This document shows positions 1-10,808 of a stretch of 64,000 bases of DNA, piece after piece. The position numbers and the translations under genes were made by a program. The notes under the pieces were generated by a model, which was not told the origin of the DNA, did not search any database, and worked only from the letters and a program-made list of their open reading frames with translations. This stretch comes from Pseudomonadota bacterium (GTDB lineage: Bacteria; Pseudomonadota; Gammaproteobacteria; Burkholderiales; JAJZQI01). Numbering within the stretch: the first letter of the stretch is position 1; every line of letters begins with the position of its first letter. The stretch is from positions 69,813 through 133,812 of the forward strand of contig JAJZQI010000005.1 of the NCBI GenBank assembly GCA_021851875.1, given 5' to 3'.

Positions 1-450
<450 letters not shown>

Positions 451-471
451 TAGACAGGCGAAGAGCGCATC

Positions 472-864
472 ATGCGCTGGCTGACCTTGCTGTTTGTGGC
501 CCTGATCGCCCTGCTGCAGTATTCGCTGTGGCTGGGCAAGGGCAGCTGGCTCAACGTATGGGAAGTCAATAAACAGCTCGACAAACAGGAAGCCGACAAC
601 AAGGTACGGGAGGCCCGCAATGCGGCACTCGAAGCCGAGGTGGCGGACCTAAAACAGGGTTATGATGCGATCGAGGAACGTGCCCGCAGCGAGTTGGGCA
701 TGGTAAAGGACGGCGAGGTGTTTTTTCAGGTGCTGCCTGCCGGCACTTCATTCACCGTGGCATCGCAGCCGGCCACAAGTACCCCGACCAGCAGGAAACT
801 CGAGTCCAAGGCTGCTTCCAGCCCGGCGGCGCCAGCCGCACCAGCGACCAAACACAAACCCTGA
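472..864 (+). CDS. ftsB: Cell division protein FtsB with Pro/Ala/Ser-rich C-terminal tail
   Basis: N-terminal [12 protein letters not shown], coiled coil, [20 protein letters not shown]; follows eno. Confidence 0.95.
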   Translation: MRWLTLLFVALIALLQYSLWLGKGSWLNVWEVNKQLDKQEADNKVREARNAALEAEVADLKQGYDAIEERARSELGMVKDGEVFFQVLPAGTSFTVASQPATSTPTSRKLESKAASSPAAPAAPATKHKP

Positions 865-874
865 GCTTTTCCGT

Positions 875-1171
875 TCAGTCACATACTGCACTGCTGCGGT
901 ACATTTCCTCAAAGCGTTCCGTGTGTCGATCGATCAGAATATCGATGTCGTAACGTTCACACAGCTCCTGCAATATCCGATCGAAGACGGCCGCATCACT
1001 GATGCCTTCGTACACTTCCATCCAGGCGGAGCTGCCATCCAGCTTTTTCAGCAGGCGCCCCTGTATGCCTGTGCGGCAAGCGACCCGACCGAGCAGAGTG
1101 TAAACAAGCGGCTCTATTTCACCTTGCCTGGCCGGATCCACCTTGTAATAGACGTAAAAACTGCAGGCCAT
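875..1171 (-). CDS. DUF4936-like small protein
   Basis: FYVYYKV, WMEVYE and RHTERF motifs; start overlaps the ygfZ stop. Confidence 0.75.
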   Translation of the reverse strand: MACSFYVYYKVDPARQGEIEPLVYTLLGRVACRTGIQGRLLKKLDGSSAWMEVYEGISDAAVFDRILQELCERYDIDILIDRHTERFEEMYRSSAVCD

Positions 1172-2145
1172 CAGGCGACGTTGTAGGGCAGGGGCAGGAT
1201 GTCCGCAATCGCGCCGTCGGTTGCCTTATGATGAATCGGTCCGGCTTCGACGCTGCTGATCTGCAGCACGGCCAGCGCCTCGGTTTTTCCATCGAGGCCG
1301 GCATGCAGGTTGACCAGCATGCCGATGGCCTGGTCGCCCATGTCCACGCCGTAGAGCTCATCTCCGATGGCCGCATTGCTGTCAGCCGGCAGGCTGATGC
1401 GATACATGCGCCGCTTCAGCTTGCCCAGGTATTGGGTGCGGGCAACGATTTCCTGTCCCGGGTAGCAGCCTTTCTTGAAATTGACGCCGCCGAGTACCTC
1501 ATAATTGGCCATTTGCGGGACAAATTGCTCTTGCGTCGAGGGGGTGATGAGCGGTACGCCGGACTGGACCAGCCACCAGTCCAAAGCGTGGCCGCCAACG
1601 GGCTTGTGACGAGCAGTAAAGTGACCGCGGACCACTTCAGCCGCGGCAGATTGACAGACAATCAGGAAAAAATCCTGCGGCAGGCGGATTACGCTGGCCT
1701 GGTCCGTGTGTATGGACTGGTAGTCCTGCGCGGGGCAGGCGCCCAGAACAGCATGAATACTGTCAGCCGCCTGCGGTCCGTAAACGGCAAAAGGCGTCAA
1801 CAGGGCACTCATGTCTTCGGCTTTGACCTTGGAGCGCATGATGAACATGGCCAGCCGTTTGCGAATCGGTTCAGCCAGTTCGGCGGGGAGCAGCGCATGC
1901 ACGCCGTCTTCTGTCTGCCATAGCAGGAAATTGGCCAGCATACGGCCCTTAGGCGTGCAATACGCGGACAATTGCGCCAAATCGGTTTTCAATTGGCGGA
2001 TATCGTTGGTCAGCTGCCCTTGCAGGAAGGTCTGCGTGTCTTCTCCCTGAAAGCGGATAATGCCGAGCTTGGACAAATCCACCACAACTGTTTCATGTCC
2101 CAGCAGGGCGGTTTCATTCAGGATGTCATGTTCTTGTGAGGCCAT
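1171..2145 (-). CDS. ygfZ: Folate-binding Fe-S cluster/tRNA-modification protein YgfZ
   Basis: FLQGQLTND, TPKGRM and KGCYPGQEIVAR signatures; start placed at the ATG of MASQEH. Confidence 0.93.
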   Translation of the reverse strand: MASQEHDILNETALLGHETVVVDLSKLGIIRFQGEDTQTFLQGQLTNDIRQLKTDLAQLSAYCTPKGRMLANFLLWQTEDGVHALLPAELAEPIRKRLAMFIMRSKVKAEDMSALLTPFAVYGPQAADSIHAVLGACPAQDYQSIHTDQASVIRLPQDFFLIVCQSAAAEVVRGHFTARHKPVGGHALDWWLVQSGVPLITPSTQEQFVPQMANYEVLGGVNFKKGCYPGQEIVARTQYLGKLKRRMYRISLPADSNAAIGDELYGVDMGDQAIGMLVNLHAGLDGKTEALAVLQISSVEAGPIHHKATDGAIADILPLPYNVA

Positions 2146-2479
2146 AATAGTAATCCACTTTTTCTGGTTGCCGCAGGCTATAACCGCAGCCCGCCACATC
2201 TTTAACACGAATAAATCTCATCTACCGAAACTCTACCAGATTCTTCGCCATCCGGTGGATAATGCATGATGTTTGCCGCAACGTTCGATTGCGGTTCGAG
2301 CGCGGGACAGGGGCTGCGCCGCAGCGTTTTTTGGCCGGCAATCATCCTGTTGCGGCCATTTTCGCCGGCACCTGAACCGGGGACAGGAGTAATGGCGTAT
2401 TTATGCAACACAAGCGTTGATAGGCAAGCTGTCCGATTGCCGGGGTGAAGCCGCGTAGAATTTACTGGGAACGGGTGTT

Positions 2480-2911
2480 GTGATGGATGCTGCAGGACTC
2501 AATGTCAGATTGGCGCCCTCGAGGCAACTTGCCGCGCTGTTGATGGCGTCACACATGGCGGCGGCAGCGGCACTGGCGGGCACGGTGTTGCCATGGTTCC
2601 TGATCGGCGCATTCTGGCTGATGCTTGCGGGCAGCTTGCTTTACAGCTTGAAGAAATATGCTTGGCTGACCTTGCCCGAAAGCGTCATCGCCATTCGCTG
2701 GTCGCCCGATTGCGTGCAGCTTCTGCTGCGCAACGAGACCGTCTGGGAGGGGCACATACTGGAGAGCACGTCCGTCTGGTCTCATTTGATCGTTTTACGG
2801 GTAGGGCTCGCGCATAAGACGGTCAGTCTCGCTTTGCTGCCGGATTGCGCGGATGCCACCGATTTACGTCAACTGCGTATTCGTTTGCTGCACACCCACG
2901 CCGTAAGATAA
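2480..2911 (+). CDS. YgfX/CptA-like inner membrane protein
   Basis: LAPSR N-terminus, two TM helices, C-terminal LLPD...LRQLRIRL. Confidence 0.65.
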   Translation: MMDAAGLNVRLAPSRQLAALLMASHMAAAAALAGTVLPWFLIGAFWLMLAGSLLYSLKKYAWLTLPESVIAIRWSPDCVQLLLRNETVWEGHILESTSVWSHLIVLRVGLAHKTVSLALLPDCADATDLRQLRIRLLHTHAVR

Positions 2912-2925
2912 CCCGACCCGGAATT

Positions 2926-4527
2926 TCAGGCGTTCTTATTGCATGGTGGAGCATGCGGACCTTGCAGAATGGTATCCAGCGCCACATCGGCCTTGTCCGG
3001 ATAATCCTTGCTGAAGTGCAGGCCGCGGCTTTCATGCCGCTGCATGGCGGAACGCACGATCAGGTCCGCCGTTACGACCAGATTGCGCAATTCGATCAGA
3101 TCGTTGCTGATACGGAAATGATTGTAGTATTCGCAGATTTCCTCGCTGAGCAGTTCAATGCGGTGCAATGCCCGCTCCAGCCGTTTGTTGGTGCGCACGA
3201 TACCGACGTAATCCCACATAAACCGCCGCAATTCGCTCCAGTTGTGGGAAATGACAATTTCTTCATCTGCATCGGTAACACGGCTTTCATCCCATTCAGG
3301 CAGAGCCGGCAGGGTAGGCGTCTCCTGCGTCAAAATATCTTGAGCTGCCGCCTGGCCAAAGACAATGCATTCGAGCAGCGAATTGCTGGCCAATCGATTG
3401 GCTCCGTGCAATCCGGTGCTGGCCACCTCGCCGACGGCATACAATCCCGGAATATCGGTACGGGCGGCGTGATCGGTAACCACGCCGCCGCAACTGTAGT
3501 GCGCGGCCGGGACAACGGGTATGGGATCCCGCGTGATGTCGATGCCGAGTTCACGGCAACGTTGCATGATGGTGGGGAAGTGGTGGTAGAGGAACTCGGC
3601 CGATTTGTGCGTGATGTCCAGGTAAACGCAATCCAGACCGCGCTTTTTCATTTCGAAATCGATGGCGCGGGCAACCACGTCGCGCGGTGCCAGTTCGGCC
3701 CGTTCATCGTGGTCGGGCATGAAGCGCCTGCCATCGGGCAAGCGCAGAAGGCCGCCTTCGCCGCGGACGGCTTCCGTGATCAAAAAGGATTTGGCATGCG
3801 GGTGATACAAACAGGTGGGGTGGAACTGGATGAATTCCATGTTCGCAATCCGGCAGCCGGCGCGCCAGGCCATGGCTACGCCATCGCCGGTGGCCACATC
3901 TGGATTGGTGGTATAGAGGTAGACTTTGCCCGCCCCGCCGGTTGCCAGGATGGTGGCCGGTGCGGCAAAGGTCTTGACCTGGTTGCTGCGCGTGTCGAGC
4001 GCATAGACCCCAAGACAGCGCTGCTCCGCCAGACCGAGTTTGCCGGCCGTGATCAGATCCACTGCGATATGGTTCTCCAGCACCGTAATATTGGGATGGC
4101 TGAGCACCTTTTTCTGCAGCGTTTCCTGGATTGCGGCGCCGGTTGCATCGGCGGCATGGACCACCCGCCGCTTGCTGTGACCGCCTTCACGCGTTAAATG
4201 CAGTTCTTCCGGATGCATTTCGTCGTGACTGAAGGGAACGCCTTCCTGCACCAGCCATTCGATGGCTGCGTGCCCGTGTTCCACCACGAAGCGGACGGTG
4301 TCTTCATGACATAGGCCTGCTCCGGCAATCAGCGTGTCCTTGACATGATCCTCGACGGAGTCATCGCTTGCCATGACGCCGGCAATGCCGCCCTGAGCCC
4401 AGCGACTCGCTCCATCCAGCAGCTGTTTCTTGCTCAGCAGCAGGATTTTTTTCTGCTCGGCCAGCGACAAAGCCGCACTGAAGCCGGCCAGTCCACTGCC
4501 AATGATAATGACGTCGAAGCGTTGCAT
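2926..4527 (-). CDS. nadB: L-aspartate oxidase
   Basis: IIGSGLAG, WAQGGIA, REGGHS, QFHPT, GLHGANRLASNSLLE, ESRGLH; divergent from rpoE. Confidence 0.97.
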   Translation of the reverse strand: MQRFDVIIIGSGLAGFSAALSLAEQKKILLLSKKQLLDGASRWAQGGIAGVMASDDSVEDHVKDTLIAGAGLCHEDTVRFVVEHGHAAIEWLVQEGVPFSHDEMHPEELHLTREGGHSKRRVVHAADATGAAIQETLQKKVLSHPNITVLENHIAVDLITAGKLGLAEQRCLGVYALDTRSNQVKTFAAPATILATGGAGKVYLYTTNPDVATGDGVAMAWRAGCRIANMEFIQFHPTCLYHPHAKSFLITEAVRGEGGLLRLPDGRRFMPDHDERAELAPRDVVARAIDFEMKKRGLDCVYLDITHKSAEFLYHHFPTIMQRCRELGIDITRDPIPVVPAAHYSCGGVVTDHAARTDIPGLYAVGEVASTGLHGANRLASNSLLECIVFGQAAAQDILTQETPTLPALPEWDESRVTDADEEIVISHNWSELRRFMWDYVGIVRTNKRLERALHRIELLSEEICEYYNHFRISNDLIELRNLVVTADLIVRSAMQRHESRGLHFSKDYPDKADVALDTILQGPHAPPCNKNA

Positions 4528-4593
4528 AGGCGAATACACTTGAATACACAAATACGGAAACGACAATCATAGCAGAGCCGGCATGCCATCGAT

Positions 4594-4620
4594 GAACTGA
4601 TCAGCGTTTTCGTGGTCAAT
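4594..4620 (+). promoter_or_regulatory. Putative sigma-E autoregulatory promoter
   Basis: GAACTG-N16-TCAAT upstream of rpoE, close to the GAACTT-N16-TCAAA consensus. Confidence 0.6.
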
Positions 4621-4747
4621 CAGTCAGATTTGTTCTGCCGTACGGCAAGACTGTATCCAGAGCGACGGCAAGCGCAGCAGCTTGCCTGTCCCTAACGAGG
4701 GAGGCTGCGTTATACTTCAGGACCAAACTACAAACAGCATCTACCAG

Positions 4748-5347
4748 ATGTCCGACAGGGAAATTGACAACGAGCTGGTGCAGCGTGCGCAAAAAGGCGA
4801 CAAGCGCGCGTTCGAGCTGCTTGCAGCCAAGTACCAGCGCAAGCTGATACGCCTCTTGTCGCGCCTTATTCGCGATCCGGCGGAAGTTGAAGACGTGGCG
4901 CAGGAAGCGTTGATCAAGGCTTATCGCGCCTTACCCGGATTCCGTGGTGACAGTGCCTTTTACACCTGGTTGTATCGTATTGGTGTGAATACGGCCAAAA
5001 ACCACCTCGTCTCGCAAGGACGCCGGCCGCCCACCGCGACGGAATTCAATAGCGATGAAGCGGAAACTTTTGAAGGCGGTGAAGCTCTTAGGGATATCAA
5101 CACCCCTGAAAACGCGCTGCTGAGCAAACAGATTGCTGCAACCGTTCAGTCGGCGATGGAGGCCTTGCCGGAAGAACTGCGTACCGCGATCACCTTGCGG
5201 GAAATCGAGGGGATGAGTTATGAGGATATCGCTTCAGCCATGAATTGCCCGATTGGTACCGTGCGCTCGCGTATTTTTCGCGCACGAGAGGCGATTGCAG
5301 AGAAGTTGCGGCCTTTATTGGATACGCAACAGAACAAGCGCTGGTAA
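4748..5347 (+). CDS. rpoE: ECF sigma factor RpoE
   Basis: EDVAQEALIKAYRAL, FRGDSAFYTWLYRI, CPIGTVRSRIFRAREAI. Confidence 0.98.
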   Translation: MSDREIDNELVQRAQKGDKRAFELLAAKYQRKLIRLLSRLIRDPAEVEDVAQEALIKAYRALPGFRGDSAFYTWLYRIGVNTAKNHLVSQGRRPPTATEFNSDEAETFEGGEALRDINTPENALLSKQIAATVQSAMEALPEELRTAITLREIEGMSYEDIASAMNCPIGTVRSRIFRAREAIAEKLRPLLDTQQNKRW

Positions 5348-5367
5348 AGCAGAGCGGGGTGAATGAA

Positions 5368-5841
5368 ATGAACGAACAATTTTCTCAGTGGCTGGATGGC
5401 GAACTGGACGACGAAGAGTGGCAGGCTGTGCTGGCGCAGGCCGCCCAGCAGGACGGTCTGCGGGAAAAATGGCAGGCCTATCACCTGATCGGCGATACCT
5501 TGCGTGGCACGGCGGCAACGTCAGCCGGTTTTCACGAGCATTTCGCCGCGCGACTGGCCCAGGAGCCGACCATTTTGGCTCCAGCCGAATTGCCGCGCAA
5601 ACAACGGTGGCAGTGGGGTGTTTCGATTGCCGCCTCTCTGGCCGGCTTTATCGCCGTTGCCATCGGAGCAGGGCAGATGCTGTTGCATCCTTCGGACCCG
5701 GCATCGCCGTCCATGCTGGTTGCGCAGCAGGATGCCACGCTGCCGAGCGACTACATGCAGGCACATCAACAACTGGCATCACACGGCGAGCCGATTACCC
5801 AGCCGGTGCTGATTGCCTATGAAACTTCTCCACGACGGTAA
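5368..5841 (+). CDS. rseA: Anti-sigma-E factor RseA
   Basis: SQWLDGEL, WQAYHLIGDTLR, TM with IAAS; position after rpoE. Confidence 0.9.
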   Translation: MNEQFSQWLDGELDDEEWQAVLAQAAQQDGLREKWQAYHLIGDTLRGTAATSAGFHEHFAARLAQEPTILAPAELPRKQRWQWGVSIAASLAGFIAVAIGAGQMLLHPSDPASPSMLVAQQDATLPSDYMQAHQQLASHGEPITQPVLIAYETSPRR

Positions 5842-5845
5842 CTGT

Positions 5846-6796
5846 ATGCGTCTACTGGCAGCATTGTGTTTGACTTTTGCCGCGATTCCACTGGCAGCAG
5901 CAAATGATGAAAGCGGGGCAGCCTGGCTGAAAAAAATGGCTCAGGCCGCCCACAAGCAGAACTACAGCGGTACCTTCGTGCATCAGCGCGGCAATCAGAT
6001 TGACAGTCTGCGGGTACTGCATACGGCCGACCATGAAGGGGAAATGCTGCAACTGGAGGCCCAGGATGGCACGCCTCGCCGGTTGTTACGCCACAACGGC
6101 GAAGCCTATTGCATTCTGCCCGGCAATCCGCCGGTTGCCCAGTCGGCCCAGGCCAGCCGCCGGATTTTTCCCGCCTTGCTGCCGGACGATACCGACGCGC
6201 TGCTGAGCAACTACCGCATTCGGCTGGATGGCACAGACCGTGTGGCCGGTCAGCCTTGTCAGATCGTTCTGCTGGAACCGCGGGACCAGTACCGCTACGG
6301 CTACAGTTTTTGCGCGGCGATTCCCGGCGGGCTTATGCTCAAAGCCAGTTTGCTGGAAGACAGCGATGAAAACAGCGATCAGTTCGCTTTCAGTGAGCTG
6401 TCGCTGGACCCGCCCAGTGAAACGACCCGGCGGGCACTGAAAAGCGAGTGGCAGGGCCACGATCGCATGCAAATCATGCCCGCTCCGGTTTTGCCGCAAG
6501 AAACGCATTGGCAGATAAATCATGTGCCGGACGGATTCCGCCTGGTCTCGGCGGTGCAGCGCATGATGCCGGGGCGCCCGCAGCCTGTCAGCCATCTGGT
6601 GTATTCGGACAGTTTGGCAACGGTGTCCGTTTTCATTGAATTGCCGCGCAAGAACGTGTCCGCGACGGAACGGCCGATCCGTACGGGCGTGACCGGTGCG
6701 TATATCCAGACCCGTTTCCAGCATCAGATCACGGCTATGGGCGAAGTGCCGTCGGCCACCTTGATGCAGTTCGTCAATAATGTGGCGCCGCGTTAA
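5846..6796 (+). CDS. rseB: Periplasmic sigma-E regulator RseB/MucB
   Basis: Signal peptide, NYSGTFV, PRDQYRYGY, LVYSDSLATVSVFIE, GEVP. Confidence 0.92.
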   Translation: MRLLAALCLTFAAIPLAAANDESGAAWLKKMAQAAHKQNYSGTFVHQRGNQIDSLRVLHTADHEGEMLQLEAQDGTPRRLLRHNGEAYCILPGNPPVAQSAQASRRIFPALLPDDTDALLSNYRIRLDGTDRVAGQPCQIVLLEPRDQYRYGYSFCAAIPGGLMLKASLLEDSDENSDQFAFSELSLDPPSETTRRALKSEWQGHDRMQIMPAPVLPQETHWQINHVPDGFRLVSAVQRMMPGRPQPVSHLVYSDSLATVSVFIELPRKNVSATERPIRTGVTGAYIQTRFQHQITAMGEVPSATLMQFVNNVAPR

Positions 6797-6809
6797 GAGG
6801 TGATACAGC

Positions 6810-7286
6810 ATGCTTGAACACAGTGCACAGGTAGTCAAGATCGAAAATGGCGCGACCTATGTGATTGCCAAGCGCGATTCCGCCTGCGGCAGCTGCAATA
6901 CGCACGGCGAATGCGGTTCGCTGACCCTGACACGCTTTTTCGGCGGCGAGCATCCATTCCGGGTCCGTAATCCGATCGATGCCAAGCCGGGTGATGAAGT
7001 AACTGTCGGGGTTGCCGATGGCGCCTTGGGACGCAGCGCCTTGCTGGTTTACGGTGTGCCGTTGCTGCTGCTGTTCCTCAGCGCCTTCGCCGGCAGCATG
7101 CTTGCTCCGGCAGGTGAACAATTGGACGCCTATGCCGGCCTCGGCGCGCTGGCAGGCATCATATTGGCCGGCTTCTGGATCAGATTTATCGGCGACTTTA
7201 TGGCGCACCGCAGCGAATTCGAACCGGTCATTCTGGAACGTCATGGCCTGAATGTTTCATCCCATCTGATTCAATGGAGGAAATAG
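6810..7286 (+). CDS. rseC: RseC/MucC family protein
   Basis: ACGSC...CG motif, LVYGVPL, two TMs; operon position. Confidence 0.9.
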   Translation: MLEHSAQVVKIENGATYVIAKRDSACGSCNTHGECGSLTLTRFFGGEHPFRVRNPIDAKPGDEVTVGVADGALGRSALLVYGVPLLLLFLSAFAGSMLAPAGEQLDAYAGLGALAGIILAGFWIRFIGDFMAHRSEFEPVILERHGLNVSSHLIQWRK

Positions 7287-7291
7287 ACTGT

Positions 7292-8686
7292 ATGGTGAAC
7301 AATAAACTGACATCTCTATTTGCCGCATTTTTCATGTGGTTTGCCAGCCTGTCCGTATTTGCAGCGGATTTACCCGATTTCACTACCCTGGTGGAACAGC
7401 AGGGTGCCGCTGTCGTGAATATCAGCACCACCCAGCGGGTGAAAGCCGGCGGAACGGGTTTTCCGGGTTTCCCGCCCATTCCGCAGGGGGACCCGATGTT
7501 TGATTTTTTCCGCCGCTTCATGCAGCCGCAAACCGGCCCCAAAGCCTATGAAAGTCATTCGCTTGGTTCCGGTTTCATTGTCAGCGGTGACGGTGTGATT
7601 CTGACCAATGCCCACGTGGTGGACGATGCGACCGATATTACCGTGCGTTTGAACGACAAGCGCGAGTTCAAGGCCAAGGTCATCGGCACCGATCCGCGTT
7701 CGGATGTGGCCGTATTGAAGATCAATGCGGCCAACCTGCCCAAGGTGACGATTGGCGATCCGGCCAAGCTGAAGGTGGGGGAGTGGGTCGTGGCCATCGG
7801 CTCGCCATTCGGCTTTGATCATTCGGTCACCGCCGGCATCGTCAGCGCCAAGGGCCGTTCCTTGCCGCAGGATAATTATGTGCCGTTCATCCAGACCGAC
7901 GTGCCGATCAATCCGGGCAACTCGGGCGGTCCGCTGTTCAATATGAAGGGCGAAGTGGTCGGCATCAATTCGCAAATCTACAGCCGGACCGGCGGTTTCA
8001 TGGGCCTGTCTTTCTCCATCCCGATCAATGTGGCGATGGACGTGAGCGACCAGTTGCGCACCACCGGCAAGGTAACGCGCGGCTGGCTGGGCATTTCCAT
8101 CCAGGAGGTAACCCGCGATCTGGCCGAATCGTTTGGTCTGAGCAAACCGGTCGGGGCATTGATTGCCAGCGTTGCGCCCAATTCGCCGGCCGAAAAAAGC
8201 GGACTGCACGCCAGCGACGTGATTCTGAAAATGAATGGCAGAGCCATTGAAGATACAACCGATTTGGTTCGAATCACCGCTTCGCTCAAGCCGGGCAACC
8301 GGGTGCCCATTGATATTTGGCGCGATGGGAAACAGCAAACCGTCAATGTGCTGATCGGCGAGGCGCCCAAACAGCTGGCGCAGGACGACACCGGCAGCAC
8401 GGCGCCTGCGCCGCAAGCCGGCCTGGCGGTGGTGGATCTCACGGCCGAACAGAAACGTCAGCTGGGCATCCGCTCCGGCGTGATGATTCAGGATCTGACC
8501 GACGAAGCCGCCGAGTCAGGCCTGCAGCAGGGGGACATCATCATGGCGGTGAACAGCAACGCGGTGAGCAGTGTCACCCAATTCCGCCAGTTGATGCAGC
8601 AATATGCGGGCCGCAAGAGCATCGCGCTGCTGGTTCGCCGCGGCGATTCAACGCTGTACCTGCCGTTCAAGCTGGCCAAGAAATAA
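7292..8686 (+). CDS. DegP/DegQ (MucD) periplasmic serine protease with two PDZ domains
   Basis: LTNAHVV, SDVAVLKI, INPGNSGGPL, RGWLGI. Confidence 0.95.
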   Translation: MVNNKLTSLFAAFFMWFASLSVFAADLPDFTTLVEQQGAAVVNISTTQRVKAGGTGFPGFPPIPQGDPMFDFFRRFMQPQTGPKAYESHSLGSGFIVSGDGVILTNAHVVDDATDITVRLNDKREFKAKVIGTDPRSDVAVLKINAANLPKVTIGDPAKLKVGEWVVAIGSPFGFDHSVTAGIVSAKGRSLPQDNYVPFIQTDVPINPGNSGGPLFNMKGEVVGINSQIYSRTGGFMGLSFSIPINVAMDVSDQLRTTGKVTRGWLGISIQEVTRDLAESFGLSKPVGALIASVAPNSPAEKSGLHASDVILKMNGRAIEDTTDLVRITASLKPGNRVPIDIWRDGKQQTVNVLIGEAPKQLAQDDTGSTAPAPQAGLAVVDLTAEQKRQLGIRSGVMIQDLTDEAAESGLQQGDIIMAVNSNAVSSVTQFRQLMQQYAGRKSIALLVRRGDSTLYLPFKLAKK

Positions 8687-8925
8687 TGGCGCTGCATTTT
8701 GTGGTCTATGGCAGACCGTATTGCCATCTTTGCCATGATTTGGTGGCGGGTTTACAGCAGCTGCAAACCCGCCATGAATTCAGCTTTGACGTAGTGGACA
8801 TCGATCAGGATGCTCAGCTGGAAGAGCGCTTCGGCACACTGATTCCGGTGGTGGAATACAACGGCAAAATCCTCTGCAACTATTTCCTCGACGAGACGGC
8901 CATTGTTTCGGCGCTCGCCGGCTGA
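8686..8925 (+). CDS. Glutaredoxin-like protein (DUF836 type)
   Basis: ATG overlaps the protease stop; YGRPYCHLC CxxC motif, IPV. Confidence 0.85.
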   Translation: MALHFVVYGRPYCHLCHDLVAGLQQLQTRHEFSFDVVDIDQDAQLEERFGTLIPVVEYNGKILCNYFLDETAIVSALAG

Positions 8926-9000
8926 TTCCTTTGGCAGGACATAATAGGCTGTTATCCCGCAATCAGCTAGAATAGCGGTTTTGTACGTTCCGCAGCCTTT

Positions 9001-10791
9001 ATGAAACTGATTCGCAATTTTTCCATCATCGCCCACATTGACCACGGCAAATCCACCCTGGCAGACCGCTTCATCGAATTTTGCGGTGGCCTGGAGCGGC
9101 GTGAAATGGACGCCCAGGTGCTGGATTCGATGGATATCGAGCGGGAGCGCGGCATCACCATCAAGGCGCAGACGGCCGCATTGCACTACAAGGCACGCGA
9201 CGGACAGATTTATAACCTCAACCTGATCGATACCCCGGGACACGTCGACTTTTCCTATGAAGTCAGCCGCTCGCTGGCAGCCTGCGAAGGCGCGCTGCTG
9301 GTCGTGGACGCCTCGCAGGGGGTGGAGGCGCAAACCGTAGCCAACTGCTATACGGCGATCGAGCAGGGGGTTGAAGTGGTTCCGGTACTGAACAAAATCG
9401 ATCTGCCGGCGGCCGAACCCGAGCGGGTGATCGATGAGATCGAGGACATCATCGGTATCGATGCGCAGGATGCCGTACGTGCCAGTGCGAAAAACGGCAT
9501 TGGCATCGAAGACATTCTGGAAACGGTGATTGCCAAAATCCCGCCGCCCAAGGGTGATCCGGACGCGCCGCTCAAGGCGCTTATTATCGATTCCTGGTTC
9601 GATAACTATGTGGGCGTGGTCATGCTGGTCCGCGTTGTCGATGGCAAGCTGAAGCCGAAGGACAAGATTCGCCTGATGGCGACGGGGGCCGAGTACCTGT
9701 GCGAACAGACCGGCGTTTTTACCCCCAAGTCACACCAATTGGACTCTCTGGGCGCCGGGCAGGTAGGTTTCATCATCGCCGGCATCAAGGAATTGAAAGC
9801 CGCCAAGGTCGGCGACACCATCACGCTGGCAAATAAGCCGGCGACTGAGCCTTTGCCGGGTTTCAAGGAAATCAAATCGCAGGTATTTGCCGGTTTGTAC
9901 CCGATTGAGTCACACGATTACGATGCCCTGCGCGATGCGCTGGAAAAGCTGCAGCTCAACGATGCGTCCCTGCAGTTCGAGCCGGAAGTTTCTCAGGCAC
10001 TCGGTTTCGGTTTCCGTTGCGGTTTCCTCGGTTTGCTGCATATGGAAATCATACAGGAACGCCTCGAACGCGAGTTCGACATGGACCTCATCACCACCGC
10101 GCCGACCGTGGTGTACCAGGTGCTGCAAAAAGACGGTCAGTTGATCGAGGTGGAGAATCCATCCAAGCTGCCCGAGTTGTCCAAGATCGAGGAAATCCGC
10201 GAACCGATCATTACCGCTACGATTCTGGTGCCGCAGGATTACGTCGGCTCGGTCATGACCCTGTGCAACAATAAACGCGGCGTGCAGCGCAATATGCAAT
10301 ACATGGGGCGGCAAGTGATGTTGACCTATGACATGCCCATGAACGAAGTGGTGATGGACTTTTTTGACAAGCTGAAGTCGACTTCACGCGGTTATGCGTC
10401 GCTGGATTACGATTTCAAGGAATTTCAGGCGGCCGATCTGGTCAAACTCGACATTCTGGTCAACGGGGAGCGGGTCGATGCCTTGTCACTGATTGTTCAC
10501 CGCCAGTCTGCCCAGCACCGCGGACGCGAACTGGCCGCCAAAATGCGCGAGCTGATCCCGCGTCAGATGTTCGATGTGGCAGTGCAGGCTGCAATCGGCG
10601 CCAACATTATTGCGCGCGAAACAGTGAAAGCCCTGCGTAAAAATGTGCTGGCAAAATGCTACGGTGGCGATATTACCCGTAAGAAAAAGCTGCTGGAGAA
10701 GCAAAAAGCCGGTAAGCGCCGCATGAAACAGGTCGGGAATGTAGAAATTCCGCAGGAGGCATTCCTGGCCATTCTTAAAGTCGAAGATTAA
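9001..10791 (+). CDS. lepA: Elongation factor 4
   Basis: [32 protein letters not shown]. Confidence 0.99.
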   Translation: MKLIRNFSIIAHIDHGKSTLADRFIEFCGGLERREMDAQVLDSMDIERERGITIKAQTAALHYKARDGQIYNLNLIDTPGHVDFSYEVSRSLAACEGALLVVDASQGVEAQTVANCYTAIEQGVEVVPVLNKIDLPAAEPERVIDEIEDIIGIDAQDAVRASAKNGIGIEDILETVIAKIPPPKGDPDAPLKALIIDSWFDNYVGVVMLVRVVDGKLKPKDKIRLMATGAEYLCEQTGVFTPKSHQLDSLGAGQVGFIIAGIKELKAAKVGDTITLANKPATEPLPGFKEIKSQVFAGLYPIESHDYDALRDALEKLQLNDASLQFEPEVSQALGFGFRCGFLGLLHMEIIQERLEREFDMDLITTAPTVVYQVLQKDGQLIEVENPSKLPELSKIEEIREPIITATILVPQDYVGSVMTLCNNKRGVQRNMQYMGRQVMLTYDMPMNEVVMDFFDKLKSTSRGYASLDYDFKEFQAADLVKLDILVNGERVDALSLIVHRQSAQHRGRELAAKMRELIPRQMFDVAVQAAIGANIIARETVKALRKNVLAKCYGGDITRKKKLLEKQKAGKRRMKQVGNVEIPQEAFLAILKVED

Positions 10792-10808
10792 ATATAAAGT
10801 TCAACACT

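Noticed and set aside
2845-4197. Long antisense ORFs (also 7370-8416, 15418-16749, 21100-22107, 25055-26266, 39497-40735, 51448-52554)
   Set aside because: They shadow well-supported genes on the opposite strand and are expected from GC-rich codon bias; no recognisable motifs
8317-8685. N-terminal extension of the glutaredoxin-like ORF
   Set aside because: Overlaps the protease gene in another frame; the real start is the ATG at 8686
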